Notes: generated by a model from the letters alone, not told the origin. A stretch of DNA of 64,000 nucleotides from Octopus bimaculoides (GCF_001194135.2 NC_068981.1:31661855-31725854), one strand, 5' to 3'. Positions 1-13,788 are shown, counted from the stretch's first letter. Numbers and translations are program-made.

Positions 1-436
1 TGAAAACACATTATTGAATGAAAGTGAAGAAGTAGAATCAAAGGTAATTCATGGAGGTCTCTATCGGCAACCGTTTAAGTATAAAATGTTCATACGGTTA
101 AGCTTCTTCATTGGCGAGTGAGGTTCAATGAAGTTTTACTATTTTGTATTTAACATAATAAACCATTGTTAATACAGATTTAAAATATCGCAGCAGAAGA
201 AGACTGTCGATTCAATCGACTCATGTTTACGAAAATAGCTCTTTGTGTAATTGTATTGTGAAATTTAGAAGCAGGTATACCGTTTTTCACTTAACACAAA
301 ATTACAACAAATATTATACTATATCGTCAAAAATTACAATATACTGAAGTGGTATTATTTCAACTCTTTTTTTTCTCCAAATAGTTCTACTAACCTCTCC
401 TCTCTTTCTCTCACCAACAGCACGCCCTTCTTATTT

Positions 437-931
437 TCATGGTTTGCCATTTTCACTGATAACATTTTTCATTTTTGTTACTCTCTTTTCAATTTGGACG
501 CTTTTTTCATATAATATGAGACTCCTTAAGTTTCTCTCTGTAAGCATCGGTCTCTGATATCCTTCACCACTCTCTTCGTCCATCATAAATATCTCTGTCT
601 CTATTTCGCTGTCTCTTTCGTTTCCTTCCTTCTTTCGTACTCCTTCTTTCTTGCTAGTTGAAGGCGATGGTTCGTGCGTTCGCACTTCACTTGATTTGTC
701 ATTTGGTTTCTCCATTTTTTTCTCTTTTCTTTCTTGTTCTCCTCTTCGTTTGTCTTTCTTTTTTTCTCCTTGGGGCTTTTTGGTGGTAATTCTAAGTTCG
801 TTTTCTTTTCACGACCGTAAATTTCTCCTCCATTTCTACTCCTCTGCAGCTCTACTCTCTTCTTCTTTAATTTCTTTTTCGGTTATTTCCTCCTCGTGTT
901 TCTGGGGACACTTAGCCTTCATGAAGGGTGT
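437..931 (-). pseudogene. Frameshifted K/E-rich ORF remnant, possibly the C-terminal part of a gag-like LINE ORF1
   Basis: The minus strand reads TPFMKAKCPQKHEEEITEKEIKEEESRAAEE*. A shifted frame then stays open from about 880 to 437 (...KTNLELPPKSPKEKKKDKRRGEQEK...MEKPNDKSSEV...ENGKP*). MKAKCP resembles the end of a CCHC knuckle. The family assignment is inference. Confidence 0.35.
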
Positions 932-1007
932 CTACGAAATTTAAGTAAAGTGGTGTCAGCTCAGATTGGTTAAGTATGAGACAAATCCTATGAGAATTTC
1001 ACTTCAG

Positions 1008-1187
1008 CATCTTACATGGTCAATTACACAATCATGGGACACATTGGCCAGTAGCTGATCACTAGAGAGATGAGGTCTGATAGGATATCAGTAATGGATG
1101 TCATTCTAGCGGAAATTCTCAACTCTGTTGCATCTGACGAAATTACAATATTTTATGACAGTAAATACAATTCTACCTGCTTGGACG
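1008..1187 (+). other. Candidate 180-nt symmetric (phase 1-1) exon with a single in-frame TAG at 1052-1054
   Basis: Acceptor tttcacttcag| ends at 1007 and donor G|gtaagt starts at 1188. Translation: SYMVNYTIMGHIGQ*LITREMRSDRISVMDVILAEILNSVASDEITIFYDSKYNSTCLD. Product not recognised with confidence. Confidence 0.3.
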
Positions 1188-1197
1188 GTAAGTATGC

Positions 1198-1353
<156 letters not shown>

Positions 1354-2493
1354 CATATAAAAAATTGCTATTGTATGAAAAATTCTTGCTCGTATCACCT
1401 TAAATAAAAATTAATAGTTATTAGATGACAACGTAACAGAGTCAGTGCAGGCGACAGGATTTCATATAAAACCATATTGACACAAAGTGCTTATAGCTAA
1501 ACTTTGTACACCATTTCATTTTTATCGACTTGACTAAGCTAATAAAAAAGCCCACAGTCGAGCAAAATGTCAAATACAGATGACTATGCAAATCCTCCCT
1601 AAGCGTATAATTCTCAAATAGTAGCATGGCAAGTATGACATGTTCCTTACACTTTATCTTATGTTTTTCAACGTTCTTAAATGGAGCAATACAGAGAAGC
1701 CTCGGATACAGTCCTCTTTTAAAAGAATGCCTCGTGTGATTGCAAAAATATATTTTAGAATTTGAATGTTATATATATGTACCTAATTTTGCTATGAAGG
1801 CTTAGAATTTGACTTACTTAAATTTTGAAAATTTTAACATCCTTTTCAGTAAATAATTCGCGCGCACACACGCACGCACACGCACGCACACGCACGCACG
1901 CACGCACGCACACACACACGCACACACACACACACTCACACACACACATAGATATCACTTGCATATTTTGAGTAATTCAGCAAAAGTATACTTTTGAAAG
2001 AGAAACTGTAAAAATATTATATCTGCCCAGTACCCGTCCCTAGCGGACTCCCAGGCATATTTCTGGCTCTTTAACCTCCTACAATGAGAGATAATGAAGA
2101 GTGAATCACTAGATACCTTCTAAAACAGTCAACATGGGTGACTGATTGAGTGGGCGAACCGCTTGTTCACATTAGATACAGTAATACAGTAGTGTCATTG
2201 CTAAGCAGTAATGAGAAATAAACGAACTTTAGTCTAACTAAAATATGCTTATGATATTTTTAAACTTCTAAATGCAAATGCTCTGTAACACCCACAAGGG
2301 ATTTGTTCACAGTTATGTTTAAAATTTGTAAAAATACTATTTCTTCGTGTCTTGCCCGAGAGGACGCCCAGACGCGTAGCCTAAGCGAGAATCTCTTCTC
2401 CACAGTGACCGCAGTGAAATTACCTTCAGAAGTTCAAAGATGTCACAAACAAATTTTTACTAACCTTAAGGTCGTTTTTCTTCATACTACTTA

Positions 2494-2726
2494 GTATGCA
2501 CGCATGTATGTATGTATGTATGTATGTATGTATTATGTATGTATTATGTATGTATGTATGTATGTATGTATGTCATTATTCAGTTTTATTTCAAGATTTC
2601 TTGCAAATAGAAAAAGAACCGGTTTCTAACTTTGATGCAAGGCTCTTTCAATGGAATTTCAACATCAATAACAGGTTATTTATGTATGTATGTATGTATG
2701 TATGTATGTATGTATGTATGTATGTA

Positions 2727-2768
<42 letters not shown>
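2494..2768. repeat. Two (TATG)n blocks and a (TG)n tract
   Basis: Directly visible at about 2494-2572 and 2680-2768. Confidence 0.95.
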
Positions 2769-2770
<2 letters not shown>

Positions 2771-3591
2771 TGTGCAGATTTGTATGTTTTGTTGTATGTA
2801 TATATTCTCATGCATATAGTTTCATACCTAGATATGCTCATATATACTTAAATAATAAATTTCTGGAAAGTTTCACAGATATTTTACGTTCCAGTAATGG
2901 AATGGATTTGTAGCCTTCGAATCAGCTTTCTCCTTTCTGGTTTTCTGAAGCCTAATTACTCAAGACTTGTATTTGGGCAATATGTTACATATCTCAGTGC
3001 CCCAATAATTACAGGTTTAAACCCGAACTTGTAATTTGTATAGAGTAACTACAGATTTCTCAATAGTTCAGCACAGGTGTTCTCTTTTTCACTGATCTTC
3101 AACTTTATGTTAACATTCGCTGTTAGCTGATTTACACAAATGTACATAGTTTCTCTTCTGTATCCCAAATCATTATATCAAGTCTATTAAAGTTTTCACT
3201 GGAACGTTACACTAGTATTCCTCTTTATTATAAGTGGCTATGGATTTCTTTGTCCACGGTATTAATCTTTCGTCAGATCGCGTTATACAGTTTCCTAGCT
3301 ACGACATCACGTCTCATCGGTAGGTAATACCTTGATGACATTTTCGGATAATTGCTTATGATATGTGTTATATTTTCAGTGCTACCTCCACAAAGTCTGT
3401 ATCGGTTTTCACATTTTAACGAAGAACTCTTTTTGATAGAAAAGGTCAAATGCTGTCCGTTTTAAAGCCTAATATTTACATGCTCTTATATATATAACTT
3501 ATGTGCTTCAAGGGGCATAGTTCTCAAAAATATATTTGTATATATTTATATATGTGTGTATAGATCTACTATATATTAATTACACTATATA

Positions 3592-3818
3592 TATAAGAAG
3601 GGGGCTGGAAATTCCTGGCTTTAAGTGTACTGTAAAAGGCCGGGTCAAAGGCCCAACATTCAGAATGCTTTTACAGGGCTTAGAAGAACTAAAGGAATGC
3701 TGCAATAAATCTGTGAATCTGACAGGGAAATATTTTGAATTAAATCATTATTAAATCATTATTAAATCCCCTGTTTTTCTTTTATCCAAAGTTAGAAACT
3801 TTCCAGTGCTTCCTCGTA
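3592..3818 (+). mobile_element. Internally deleted mariner-like element (MITE-sized)
   Basis: Degenerate inverted ends: TATAAGAAGGGGGCTGGAAATTCCTGGCTTT versus reverse complement TACGAGGAAGCACTGGAAAGTTTCTAACTTT, both TA-flanked. The internal frame GLEELKECCNKSVNLTGKYFE matches the mariner transposase C-terminal pattern (KCV...G.YFE). Confidence 0.7.
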
Positions 3819-4660
3819 TGTTTGCTGCCCCACTCCGAGCTTAACTACGGATAGAATCGTAGGTGCGTCTTATTAGTAACGGCATTTTTCGACCATGCGA
3901 ATGGTATTTCCAACCATACTGGAAACGCAACTATAACCCATATTCTCTAATGAATGGTTTTCCTTATCCGTGGCTCGTTGAGAATAATCTATTTCTTTTA
4001 TTATGCCTAGTTAGTTTTTTTAAAGTAATATTAGACTAATACGTAAAACGAAATGATGTTACCCAGATTAATGCCTTGGGTTAAGTATATAAGTATTTTA
4101 AATGTACACGCTAAAGCTCCTAGAGCTTAATTATATCAAGCTTCTATAGATTTTATTGATGATATATTTAAGATTATACGAGGACTGTACATATCTATAA
4201 TAATTAGGTTTTCTGTGCCTTTGTGTGTGGTTATGATTTAGACACCATCTAAAGAAATTTAGGATACCGTGATTGGAGTTGAAAGTTATTCTTAGGTCAA
4301 AATGTTTGATAATATATTTTAAATATATTGTAGTATATGTCTGGGTCTGTGCAGGAATATACATCCAACACTTCTCTATGTATGACTGTGTGTTTTATTG
4401 TAAATTTATAATTTAGAATATTCAGAATATTAAGAAAAGATTTCTTATGGACATTGTGGTGTCTAACAGCCTAATTAACCTATGATTTTTTTTTTTTTAA
4501 TAGAGGTAGATTATTTACTGAGCGGCACATTTTTCCATTGAGGGCATAATTACATCTGTGTGAAAAAGATATAAAGGTTGAGAGTATGATAATTAAGAGT
4601 GGGTATATTAAGTGTTTTTTTCTACAATTCTTACTAAACTAAATGGTTTCAATTTTTGCC

Positions 4661-5065
4661 ACAAAGACAGTCATTTTGGGGAGGGGACGAGTCGATTACA
4701 TTGACTCCAGTGTTCAACTGGTACTTATTTTATCGACCCCGAAAGGATGAAAGGCAAAGTCAACTTCGGCGGAATTCGAACTTAGAATGAAGCGGCAGAC
4801 GAAATACCGCTAAGCATTTCGCCCGGCACGCTAACGATTCTTGTTTCTTTATTGCCCACTAGAGGCTAAACATAGAGGGGACAAACAAGGACAGACAAAG
4901 GGATTAAGTCGATTACATCGACTCCAGTGTGCAACTGGTACTTAATTTATCGACCCCGAAAGGATGAAAGGTAAAGTTGACCTCGGCAGATTTTGAACTC
5001 AGAACGTAGCGGCAGACTAACTACCGTTAAGCATTTCACCCAGCATGCTAACGATTCTGCCAGCT
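4661..5065 (-). mobile_element. SINE family A, head-to-tail dimer
   Basis: Minus strand: AAGGCGGTGAGCTGGCAGAATCGTTAGC head, B-box-like GAGTTCAAAAT, then CTTTCATCCTTTCGGGGTCGATAAA core. The body occurs twice, joined by a ~65-nt alternative tail (4841-4905). Confidence 0.9.
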
Positions 5066-6570
5066 CACCGCCTTCTTACGAAACTAAATAACGACTACAC
5101 TAATCTTATTGCATTGCTGAGATTTCGTTGACTTTCTTTTGTTATTTTTAGTATTGTGTGTGATTAATTCTATTTATGGTTATGATTTCAAGTATATTTA
5201 TTAATTTGCATGTTGATTAGATTCATATTTCGTGTTTGACTAGATATTTTAATTTATTGTCTAATCAACCTTTATTAACAGTAATTCTTGCTTAATTTTT
5301 TTTATGATGTTGAATACTTGTACGTAAGCCATCTTCTATTTGTATAATATTTTCAGTTAGAGTTTAAGTTAATAAAAATGCTTCTCTTCGGCACGAAATG
5401 TGATTATTCTTGGTCCATACGGTTACAATATATGATTGTAACGTTATTAGAATATACAACTATAATATCGAAGATAATATATGAAATATCATTACTACAG
5501 AAACAAATAAGCAATAGGAAACATTCGTGATAAAAAAAAATGATATAATACAAGAAATAATCGAAACACATAATAAACGATTATAACACGAGTCTTGTCT
5601 CCAAAACAACAGCAACAAAAAAATGAGAAAGTAAGACTGGTATCCTGGTGTCCAGTAACAATGCATGAACTCAAAATATTCGAACGAGGAAAACACCATG
5701 GAAGCAAATGACTAATGCAAAACTCGTATGACCAATGTGATAATTAGAATAATCCTGCTGGCGAACAATGCACTTACGAATAAGGCCTCATTACAAAATG
5801 CAATATAATACAAAGCAGATGGGAAAAGATGAAAAACAAAAGTTGTAGGAGACTTCATGTATTTTCATACAATACTGAATGAAAAAATACCCATGGATTT
5901 CTTTTGATATCTTAACGCAAATCAGTGATTAAATAGCCGCGAGCAACTGACGCACTGCACACACACAGACACACACACGCACACACGCACACATGCACAC
6001 ACACAAACACACACACATACACACACATACACATATAAATATATACACATAAACACGGGCACACATCGCACTGTCGAAAAAATACAAGAACACTTATCAA
6101 GCACTATTGTCTCAATCCAAATCCTCAAATACATAAATGTTCATATACGCCTGAACACATACATATAAGTATACATATATATATATATATATATGTATGT
6201 ATATATACAATACATATAATATATATACTTGAATATGTGTATATATATGTATGTGCGAGTGTGATGTGCGTATGTATGTGTGAGAGCATATAATACACAT
6301 AGTCTGATAGATAAAGTGACGGATAGATTTACAAAGAGACATGTAAATGTTTTAATAGATATGTGGGAACAGAGAATAATATATCTACACAGTAACATAA
6401 CTGGAGATAGCAGTTAAACTGAGGAAAGAAATAATAAAAAATAGCTTTAACAAAACAAGAAACCAACAAATACAAAACATACATGCTCAATAGAGAAAAA
6501 GAAAATATGGAAGAAAGCATTAGAAGAAAGAACAACTAATGATGACATATATGTCCTGAAAGGAAAATAC

Positions 6571-6694
6571 GTTAATACTAAAGTGACTCCACCATTCGTG
6601 CTTGTTGGATGAAATCCACAAGACATGAGGTACATTATCTCGCCGTTAATATTGTAGCTGCCAGCTTCGACATCACACGCAGGAGTTGTTACCC
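6571..6694 (-). CDS. Candidate internal exon of an unidentified minus-strand gene (3' boundary uncertain)
   Basis: Acceptor ctattctttggtttcag|. The only open frame is GVTTPACDVEAGSYNINGEIMYLMSCGFHPTSTNGGVTLVL. There is no strong donor; options end at 6593 or 6571. Confidence 0.3.
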
Positions 6695-7800
6695 CTGAAA
6701 CCAAAGAATAGTGTGACAAAAGCATTCAATAATTCATTAATGTCACTAATCATCGCTTCTTTATCTGCTGCTGCCGTTATTGATGTTGTCTTTGTTCTTG
6801 TTATTAGTGTTGTCTTTTACTTTGCTTTTTATTATAGTTTTTGTTTTCTTTTTTTTCCTTTTTTGGTAGCTGCTAATAATTTAGTTGCTTTTATCAGTAG
6901 CTTTGACAGCATTTGTTTTAGTGGTTGGTTCCGGGATGAAAGGCGTTGCCTACGCAAGAAAGACCGTTCTGTTTAAGAAGAGGAAGAACGTGAAAAAAAC
7001 GTCTCCTTAAAACTTGCTACTATGGCAGTGGTGGTCGTTATCTTCATTTTGCTGTTTTTGTGGTTGATGTTGTCGTTAATGATAATAGTTTGGTCGTTGC
7101 TGTTGATAATGATAATGAGAGAAAGAATATTGATTATGGTAATGTTGAAGCTGATGACCAAACATGATAACGACATCCATGACGATGACGACGGAGTCAC
7201 TAATACTGATGATGACAATGATACCATTCGTTGATTTTTATTTAGTATGTATTATATTGAAAGAGGCACACGGTTTGCTGTTGATAGCTTTTTGATGCAG
7301 ATTCTGATAATGAATATAATCATAACTACAGCTGCTGCTACTACTGATGATGAAGATGGCAACGATCACGACGAAGGGGTAAAGGAGGTGGAGAAAGAAG
7401 GGGAGGGAGAGAGACAGACAGACAGATGAAACTACATGAATAACAATGAATGAAGATCTTTAATGCCACTCACAACTGTAACAAAGTAGGAAATGATAGC
7501 CTATAACTCAAGATTTTGAAAACATTAGCTCTGAAACAAGCTGAACTTCTCTTAGGTACATAAGTTTAGTAAACTTTAAAATATACAATGAGCGCAATAT
7601 TTCGTCTTATGATATCAATTTCCAGATACGTAAAAATACGTAAAAAAATTTCATTCAATATTGCATTCACTCAGTATGTAAGTATATGTATACATAGTTA
7701 TTTATTTATTTATGTAACACTTAGTGAATAATCATATATCAACAGTAAAAATCGAAACAATCTTCTTTATCTTAGACACCTGAGTTATATAACAATATTC

Positions 7801-8027
7801 TTTTCTACTCTAGGCACAAGGCCCGAAATTTTGTTGGGGAAGGAGCCACTCGATTAGATCGATACTAGTACGCAACTGGCACCTAATTTATCGAGCACGA
7901 AAGGATGAAAGTCAAAATCAAAGTCAAAGTCGACCTCGGCGGAATTTGAACTCAGAACACGAAGACAGACAAAATACCGCTAAGCATTTCACCCGGTATG
8001 CTAACGTTTCTGGCAGCTCACCACCTT
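7801..8027 (-). mobile_element. SINE family A
   Basis: Full-length match to the copies at 4661-5065 and 38071-38274. Confidence 0.9.
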
Positions 8028-8984
8028 GGGTCATATAACAATATTAATCCAGTAAATCTTCCAGTGAATAACTTATGACGCTCAAAATCAAATTTTCGAT
8101 GTGCAAAAGTATTTACAGGTGAATATTTTGTATTCAAAGATTATTTAGGATTAACGAGAAATGAATTTAAATGAATGTTTAATCAGCATCTACAGTGTTT
8201 CAAATATCTCGAAAAGGTTTTTGAACTCATTTCTAATCAAAACACATATGGTCTTTGAAAATTTGCGTCAGACTATGATATTACATAACATTACTGGGGG
8301 CAGTGGTTGTACTATGCCAACAATAATACGTATATTTGTTATATTAAGTAACTTTTGATATCAGACATGTCCCCAAATTAACTACCGATTAGTTTATCTA
8401 TTGTCTTGACAAATAAACTATAGATCAGTCGGAAAGTACCTTTCTCTAATGCTGTTTACTAACTTTAAAAAGGTGAATGAGGATCGAAAATTGGCTCTTA
8501 AATGTTATGAATTTACCGTTTTATGGAAATTCTTAAATAAACGTACTGAAATTTATCTTTTCGTCGTGAACATCATAAATTTTGAAATACCTATTGGCAA
8601 AAAGCCGGATGCTACTTGATACAATTATTCACGCTTAAAAAAAGTTTTAAATGTCGCTTTATGCAGAGTGGATCCTTTACTTTTTGTTGTCCTATACGGT
8701 AACTACAACTTGGTGAATAATTGCTAAACTTTTAAGATAAACTTAGACATTGTATCACATAGTAAGTATATCAATACACCAAATCGTTTACTCAAATGCT
8801 ATAGTTTGTGAAGTACATAAATTATATAAATGCAACACTATAAATGAATTCTTTATAAAGATTGAACACTGTAGTTTAATGAGGTGAATTCACCTTAGAT
8901 TATATTAGATAAATATATGTGAGTGGAAGCCGTTCTCATGCGTTTATATATACATACCTACCTACACACACGCGTGTGCATGTT

Positions 8985-9032
<48 letters not shown>

Positions 9033-9649
9033 TGTATGTATGTATGTATGTATGTGTGTGTGTATGTATGCGTGCGTTTGTGTTTATGTGTGTGTATACA
9101 TATATACTTACATGCACGCACACATATATCTAATTAGCTATGTATGCATGCAGATTTCCAGTTCATAAATTCCTGGAAAGACTATGATGTGTATTGGAGA
9201 TCTCAATATGTTTGGGGTACTGTTGTATTAAAGTTTACTAAGTGAAACCCATTTTCTTGATGTCAATTACTCATTAACTAATATATTTCTAATTAAATGT
9301 ACTTCATTCTCAGACAGGTTTCAACATTTGTCATAATTTAAGAAGTTATATGAAGTATTTTTATGATAACGTACTTATTCTTAAATGCTATAATATGTGA
9401 AGTTAGTTCAAATTTGGCGTGACTCTCTCTTCCTTATAGGAGTATGTGGAATTAAATCGTTAACTTTGGCATTTCTCCTACTTCTATGTTTAAATGAAGA
9501 TTTATGCTTGACGCAAATAAATGTAGAATTTAATACGTGGTAAACACTGAAGGGCGTTAATTGCTTTGCAACTCCTTGTCTTGAGATTAAAAACTCACTA
9601 GATATCTGTTATTTTAAACAGGAATAAGCCATTTCGATCTTAGAAGGAT

Positions 9650-9990
9650 AAATGGTTTAACTGAAGAGAAGACAGTGAAAGGAAGCTAAGGAAAAGCTCA
9701 AATAAAGTACAGCATCAAACGCAGAAGTTGACAACCAGCTAAGAAGGAGATAAGATGATAAATTGATCCACAATCGGTAAAAAAAAAGAAAACACATCAA
9801 GATACCAACAACGAATAAAACAATATTCACGAAACTGGCTCAATAGAAATAATGAAAGAAAACGTTAGCAACAAGGGAACAATAAGGATGAACATCACGT
9901 GGATGATATAACGAACACAGAAGCAGAGAATAACTTTTGCTCGGTTATTTGGAGTGAAGAGTTTCAATATTACAATGAAGTGAACTTCTT
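9650..9990 (+). mobile_element. Highly degenerate R4/Dong-type non-LTR fragment (pre-RT region)
   Basis: GAAGCAGAGAATAACTTTTGCTCGGTTATTTGGAGTGAAGAG reads EAENNFCSVIWSEE, resembling the E..FW..IWS motif upstream of the RT in R4-clade ORFs. Many stops. Confidence 0.4.
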
Positions 9991-10016
9991 TTGAAGTTTA
10001 AAAGAAAAGAAAATAT

Positions 10017-10203
10017 GGTAAGACAGTGGTCAGGCTGTGGCAGGTCGGACCTGCAGCTTCCTGTAGGTGCAAGTTCCATGAGTCGGAGTAGCTGTTCCAG
10101 GGTGATTCTCACACCATCCTCCGGTGTGCAACAGCTATTCCATTAGATCTAACAGAACCATGCGGCGGATTGACTAAAAAAAGAAAAAGAAAAAGAAAAG
10201 AAA
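10017..10203 (+). mobile_element. Probable retroposon 3' end with A-rich tail
   Basis: A GC-rich ~160-nt segment ends in aaaaaaagaaaagaaaaagaaaagaaa. No ORF; family not recognised. Confidence 0.3.
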
Positions 10204-11172
10204 CATCAGTAGATTTGAATTCTCATTTTGTAAACAGTTGTTCAATCATTGACTTCACTTTTGCTTTGTCTGGAACAACGACAGCAATCTTAGCGATGAG
10301 AAGTGTCATGAGAGCCTCTCGGAACAGTTCTTAATATGTAAATATTATGGAAGCAGAAATGAAAAGGATTATTATAATACATTAATTGGAAAATCTCTGG
10401 ACTTGAATTTTCAGAGATTTAGGATAAAAATTCTCGGAAACACGCTCAACCTATAATCCGCTGTTTTTCTGACTCTATTGAAAATGAATCACCAGTATAT
10501 ATGAGAAAAGGAAGTGCAGTGCTCATACGGAAGGACTTAAAACTTAGAATAGATAAAAAGGGGAACTTTGTAGCCTAATACACGTCTAATATTGCTCTAG
10601 AAATTACCAACTAGTCGCAACACATTGCAAATGAATTGTTTAGTTTTATTTTTTCCTTTGACAATCCCATATGAAAGTAGAGTCTATATCGAGGAAATTG
10701 AGACAAGTAAAAAGTATCAGAATTTGGTCACAATGATGTCTGGATTGGGGAACAGAAAGTTAACAAATGCTCCTTGGCACTTACTACACTCGGAACAACA
10801 CAAATATTTGCCAATCAGAAGAAATGCACCATCTCATATTCTATAAGAATATAAAGAATGACTCATTAGATTTAGAAAGAAGACTTACTGTCACCAAATC
10901 TTTGGATTATGTCCTTGCTAAATGGCATGTAATTACATTTAAACAACAGCAAATTCATCCAGCACAGGAGTAATTAAAAAAGGCATCGGAGGGGCGGTGC
11001 GTACTCTGCGTGCAGATACATTGTTTTGCAAATTACGATGCGTTGTTTACCTGTGTTTTTAATTGAAGTGAAGTTTTTGTTTCTTTTTCAAGTATCTCCA
11101 TTATAGGTATTTATACTCCTGTGAAATTAAGAAATTAACTCGTAAATAAAAGAAACCCTCGAACCCATCACT

Positions 11173-11217
<45 letters not shown>

Positions 11218-11809
11218 AAAGCGCATTGTGACCAGCAGTATATATGAAACACCCGCACGTCTGGATGATATAGCGATAGAGTGATANNNNNNNNNNNNNN
11301 NNNNNNNNNNNNNNNNNNNNNNNNNNNNNNNNNNNNNNNNNNNNNNNNNNNNNNNNNNNNNNNNNNNNNNNNNNNNNNNNNNNNNNNNNNNNNNNNNNNN
11401 NNNNNNNNNNNNNNNNNNNNNNNNNNNNNNNNNNNNNNNNNNNNNNNNNNNNNNNNNNNNNNNNNNNNNNNNNNNNNNNNNNNNNNNNNNNNNNNNNTAT
11501 ATATAAAATATATATATAAGGAAGGCCACTAAGAGGACTGCTAATTTGATAGAAGATCACATGTCATGTGTCTACTAAGTCCGAATAATTCTCAAAGGGA
11601 ATTTAACGAAGTAACAAAAACGTAAAACGGGCAAGACCAGTGAAAATTACATAAAAAATACCATTATCTGTAAATATGTTTCGAAATCAATACATTCTTA
11701 CCGAAAGTATCTGTTTCTCATCAGTACAGACCGTTGAGTAAATACAATTTTACAGGATCGCACACTAGTTCTACGCCACAAGAGTAGAGCACGTGTGTAC
11801 GGTTCTGTT

Positions 11810-12318
11810 AAATCTGCTTATGTCGACTACATCGACCTTCATGCTCAACTGATACTTATGAAAAGCAAAATCAGCTGAACGTAAGACGAACGAAATGCCG
11901 CTAAGCATTTGTCCAACGTGCTAACAATCCTAGCAGCTCGCAGCCTTACTCTCTACTATAGTAACACGGCTTGGAATTTCTTGGGAGGCGCTAGTCGATT
12001 ATATCGACTCCAATCCTTAACTTATACTTATTTCGTCGACCCCACGAAAACGATGAAAGACAATGTCAACATCGTGGTTATTTGAACTCAGAATATAAAG
12101 TGCTGGAACAACAACAACAACAACAATAATAACGATTTCAGGGAGGGGTAAGTCTATGACATCGACCCTAGTACTAAACCGATACTTATTTTATCGACCC
12201 CGAAAGAATGAGAGGCGAAGTCGACCACGGTGGCAATTGATCTCAGAATGTCAAGACGGCCGAAATACCGCTAAGCATTTTTCCCGTTTTGCTATCGATT
12301 CGGCCAACTCGCCACCTT
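11810..12318 (-). mobile_element. Three stacked, diverged SINE family A copies
   Basis: Copies at about 11810-11947, 11970-12100 (partial) and 12136-12318, all in the same orientation, sharing gtcgattacatcgac / atcgaccccgaaag / ctaagcattt motifs. Confidence 0.8.
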
Positions 12319-12499
12319 AATAATAATAATCATAAAAGAACAACAAATTGCCTTTTGAGTGATATTTAGTAGTGAACCAGAAAAACGAGATTACATAAAA
12401 AAGTTTACTAGCAATAAGCAATAAAGTATTACATGATGCGATGAAGGATGTTAGGGAACAAAGACGGGCTGGTCAGAGGAACCGAATTAAGATCAAGAA

Positions 12500-12595
12500 G
12501 CGAATATAAAAGATTGAGCAAGAAGAAACTATAATGGCCGTACGAAAGTTACTGCAAAGGACTACAGGTCCAGACGCAATACCCGTTGAAGAAGA
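12500..12595 (+). mobile_element. Degenerate LINE RT N-terminal fragment (RTE-like)
   Basis: Reads EETIMAVRKLLQRTTGPDAIPVE, matching the EE..A.KK...K.TGPD.IP.E motif that precedes non-LTR RT domains. Confidence 0.45.
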
Positions 12596-12699
12596 GAATC
12601 AGTAGCGTTTGGATATGGAACGAAGAAACGTACTATCTGAAGAATACTTTAGTGTACCTCAAACTGAGGAGTCATCGGAAGAAATTAGCCCAGTATATA

Positions 12700-12990
12700 T
12701 TAATCTATACGGATAAAAAGCACAACATAACAGACCAAATACCACTCTCCTATGGAAGGAGTTCAACGTGTGGGCCTTCCACGACGTAGTTACACGTGTA
12801 TACCAAAATATTGTAAAGACAGTGAAAGAGAATGTGGAAAATACTAAAACCTATCATTGGAAATGAAACACAACTCTATAGACTCAAACGTAAGGGTGAT
12901 AACTAATAATTATCAGTGTTCTTGGGACCACTGCAAACAAATCAATGTCCTGATGTGTAAAGCTGAAAATAATGACGACAATAATAATAA
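12700..12990 (+). mobile_element. Degenerate R4/Dong restriction-like endonuclease / 3' fragment
   Basis: IYTDKK followed by HNRPNT (compare TD..I.HNRPDI), and later IIISVLGT (compare P.IIGALG). Ends in an aataataataat tract. Confidence 0.45.
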
Positions 12991-13118
12991 TGTTTAAAAG
13001 AATAATGCTTTAATGCATGGAGAGTTTCTTTATTTAATGTTTAACTCTCTTATATAAGTACGCATAAAAAAAGCATCCTCGGATATGAGTAAACTATATA
13101 TGTTTGTATCTATGTGTA

Positions 13119-13150
<32 letters not shown>

Positions 13151-13750
13151 NNNNNNNNNNNNNNNNNNNNNNNNNNNNNNNNNNNNNNNNNNNNNNNNNN
13201 NNNNNNNNNNNNNNNNNNNNNNNNNNNNNNNNNNNNNNNNNNNNNNNNNNNNNNNNNNNNNNNNNNNNNNNNNNNNNNNNNNNNNNNNNNNNNNNNNNNN
13301 NNNNNNNNNNNNNNNNNNNNNNNNNNNNNNNNNNNNNNNNNNNNNNNNNNNNNNNNNNNNNNNNNNNNNNNNNNNNNNNNNNNNNNNNNNNNNNNNNNNN
13401 NNNNNNNNNNNNNNNNNNNNNNNNNNNNNNNNNNNNNNNNNNNNNNNNNNNNNNNNNNNNNNNNNNNNNNNNNNNNNNNNNNNNNNNNNNNNNNNNNNNN
13501 NNNNNNNNNNNNNNNNNNNNNNNNNNNNNNNNNNNNNNNNNNNNNNNNNNNNNNNNNNNNNNNNNNNNNNNNNNNNNNNNNNNNNNNNNNNNNNNNNNNN
13601 NNNNNNNNNNNNNNNNNNNNNNNNNNNNNNNNNNNNNNNNNNNNNNNNNNNNNNNNNNNNNNNNNNNNNNNNNNNNNNNNNNNNNNNNNNNNNNNNNNNN
13701 NNNNNNNNNNNNNNNNNNNNNNNNNNNNNNNNNNNNNNNNNNNNNNNNNN

Positions 13751-13788
<38 letters not shown>

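Noticed and set aside
932-1015. 84-nt GT-AG intron on the minus strand joining DQLLANVSHDCVIDH to TPFMKAKCP...
   Set aside because: It is phase-consistent, but the downstream frame stops after 31 codons and continues as frameshifted retroelement-like sequence. It also conflicts with the plus-strand exon candidate.
10060-10203. Very strong minus-strand acceptor at 10174 as an exon start
   Set aside because: All three frames stop within 22 codons. The pyrimidine tract is better explained as the A-rich tail of a plus-strand retroposon.
11710-11730. Minus-strand CTGATGAGAAAC
   Set aside because: No stem II, stem III or stem I; a chance juxtaposition.
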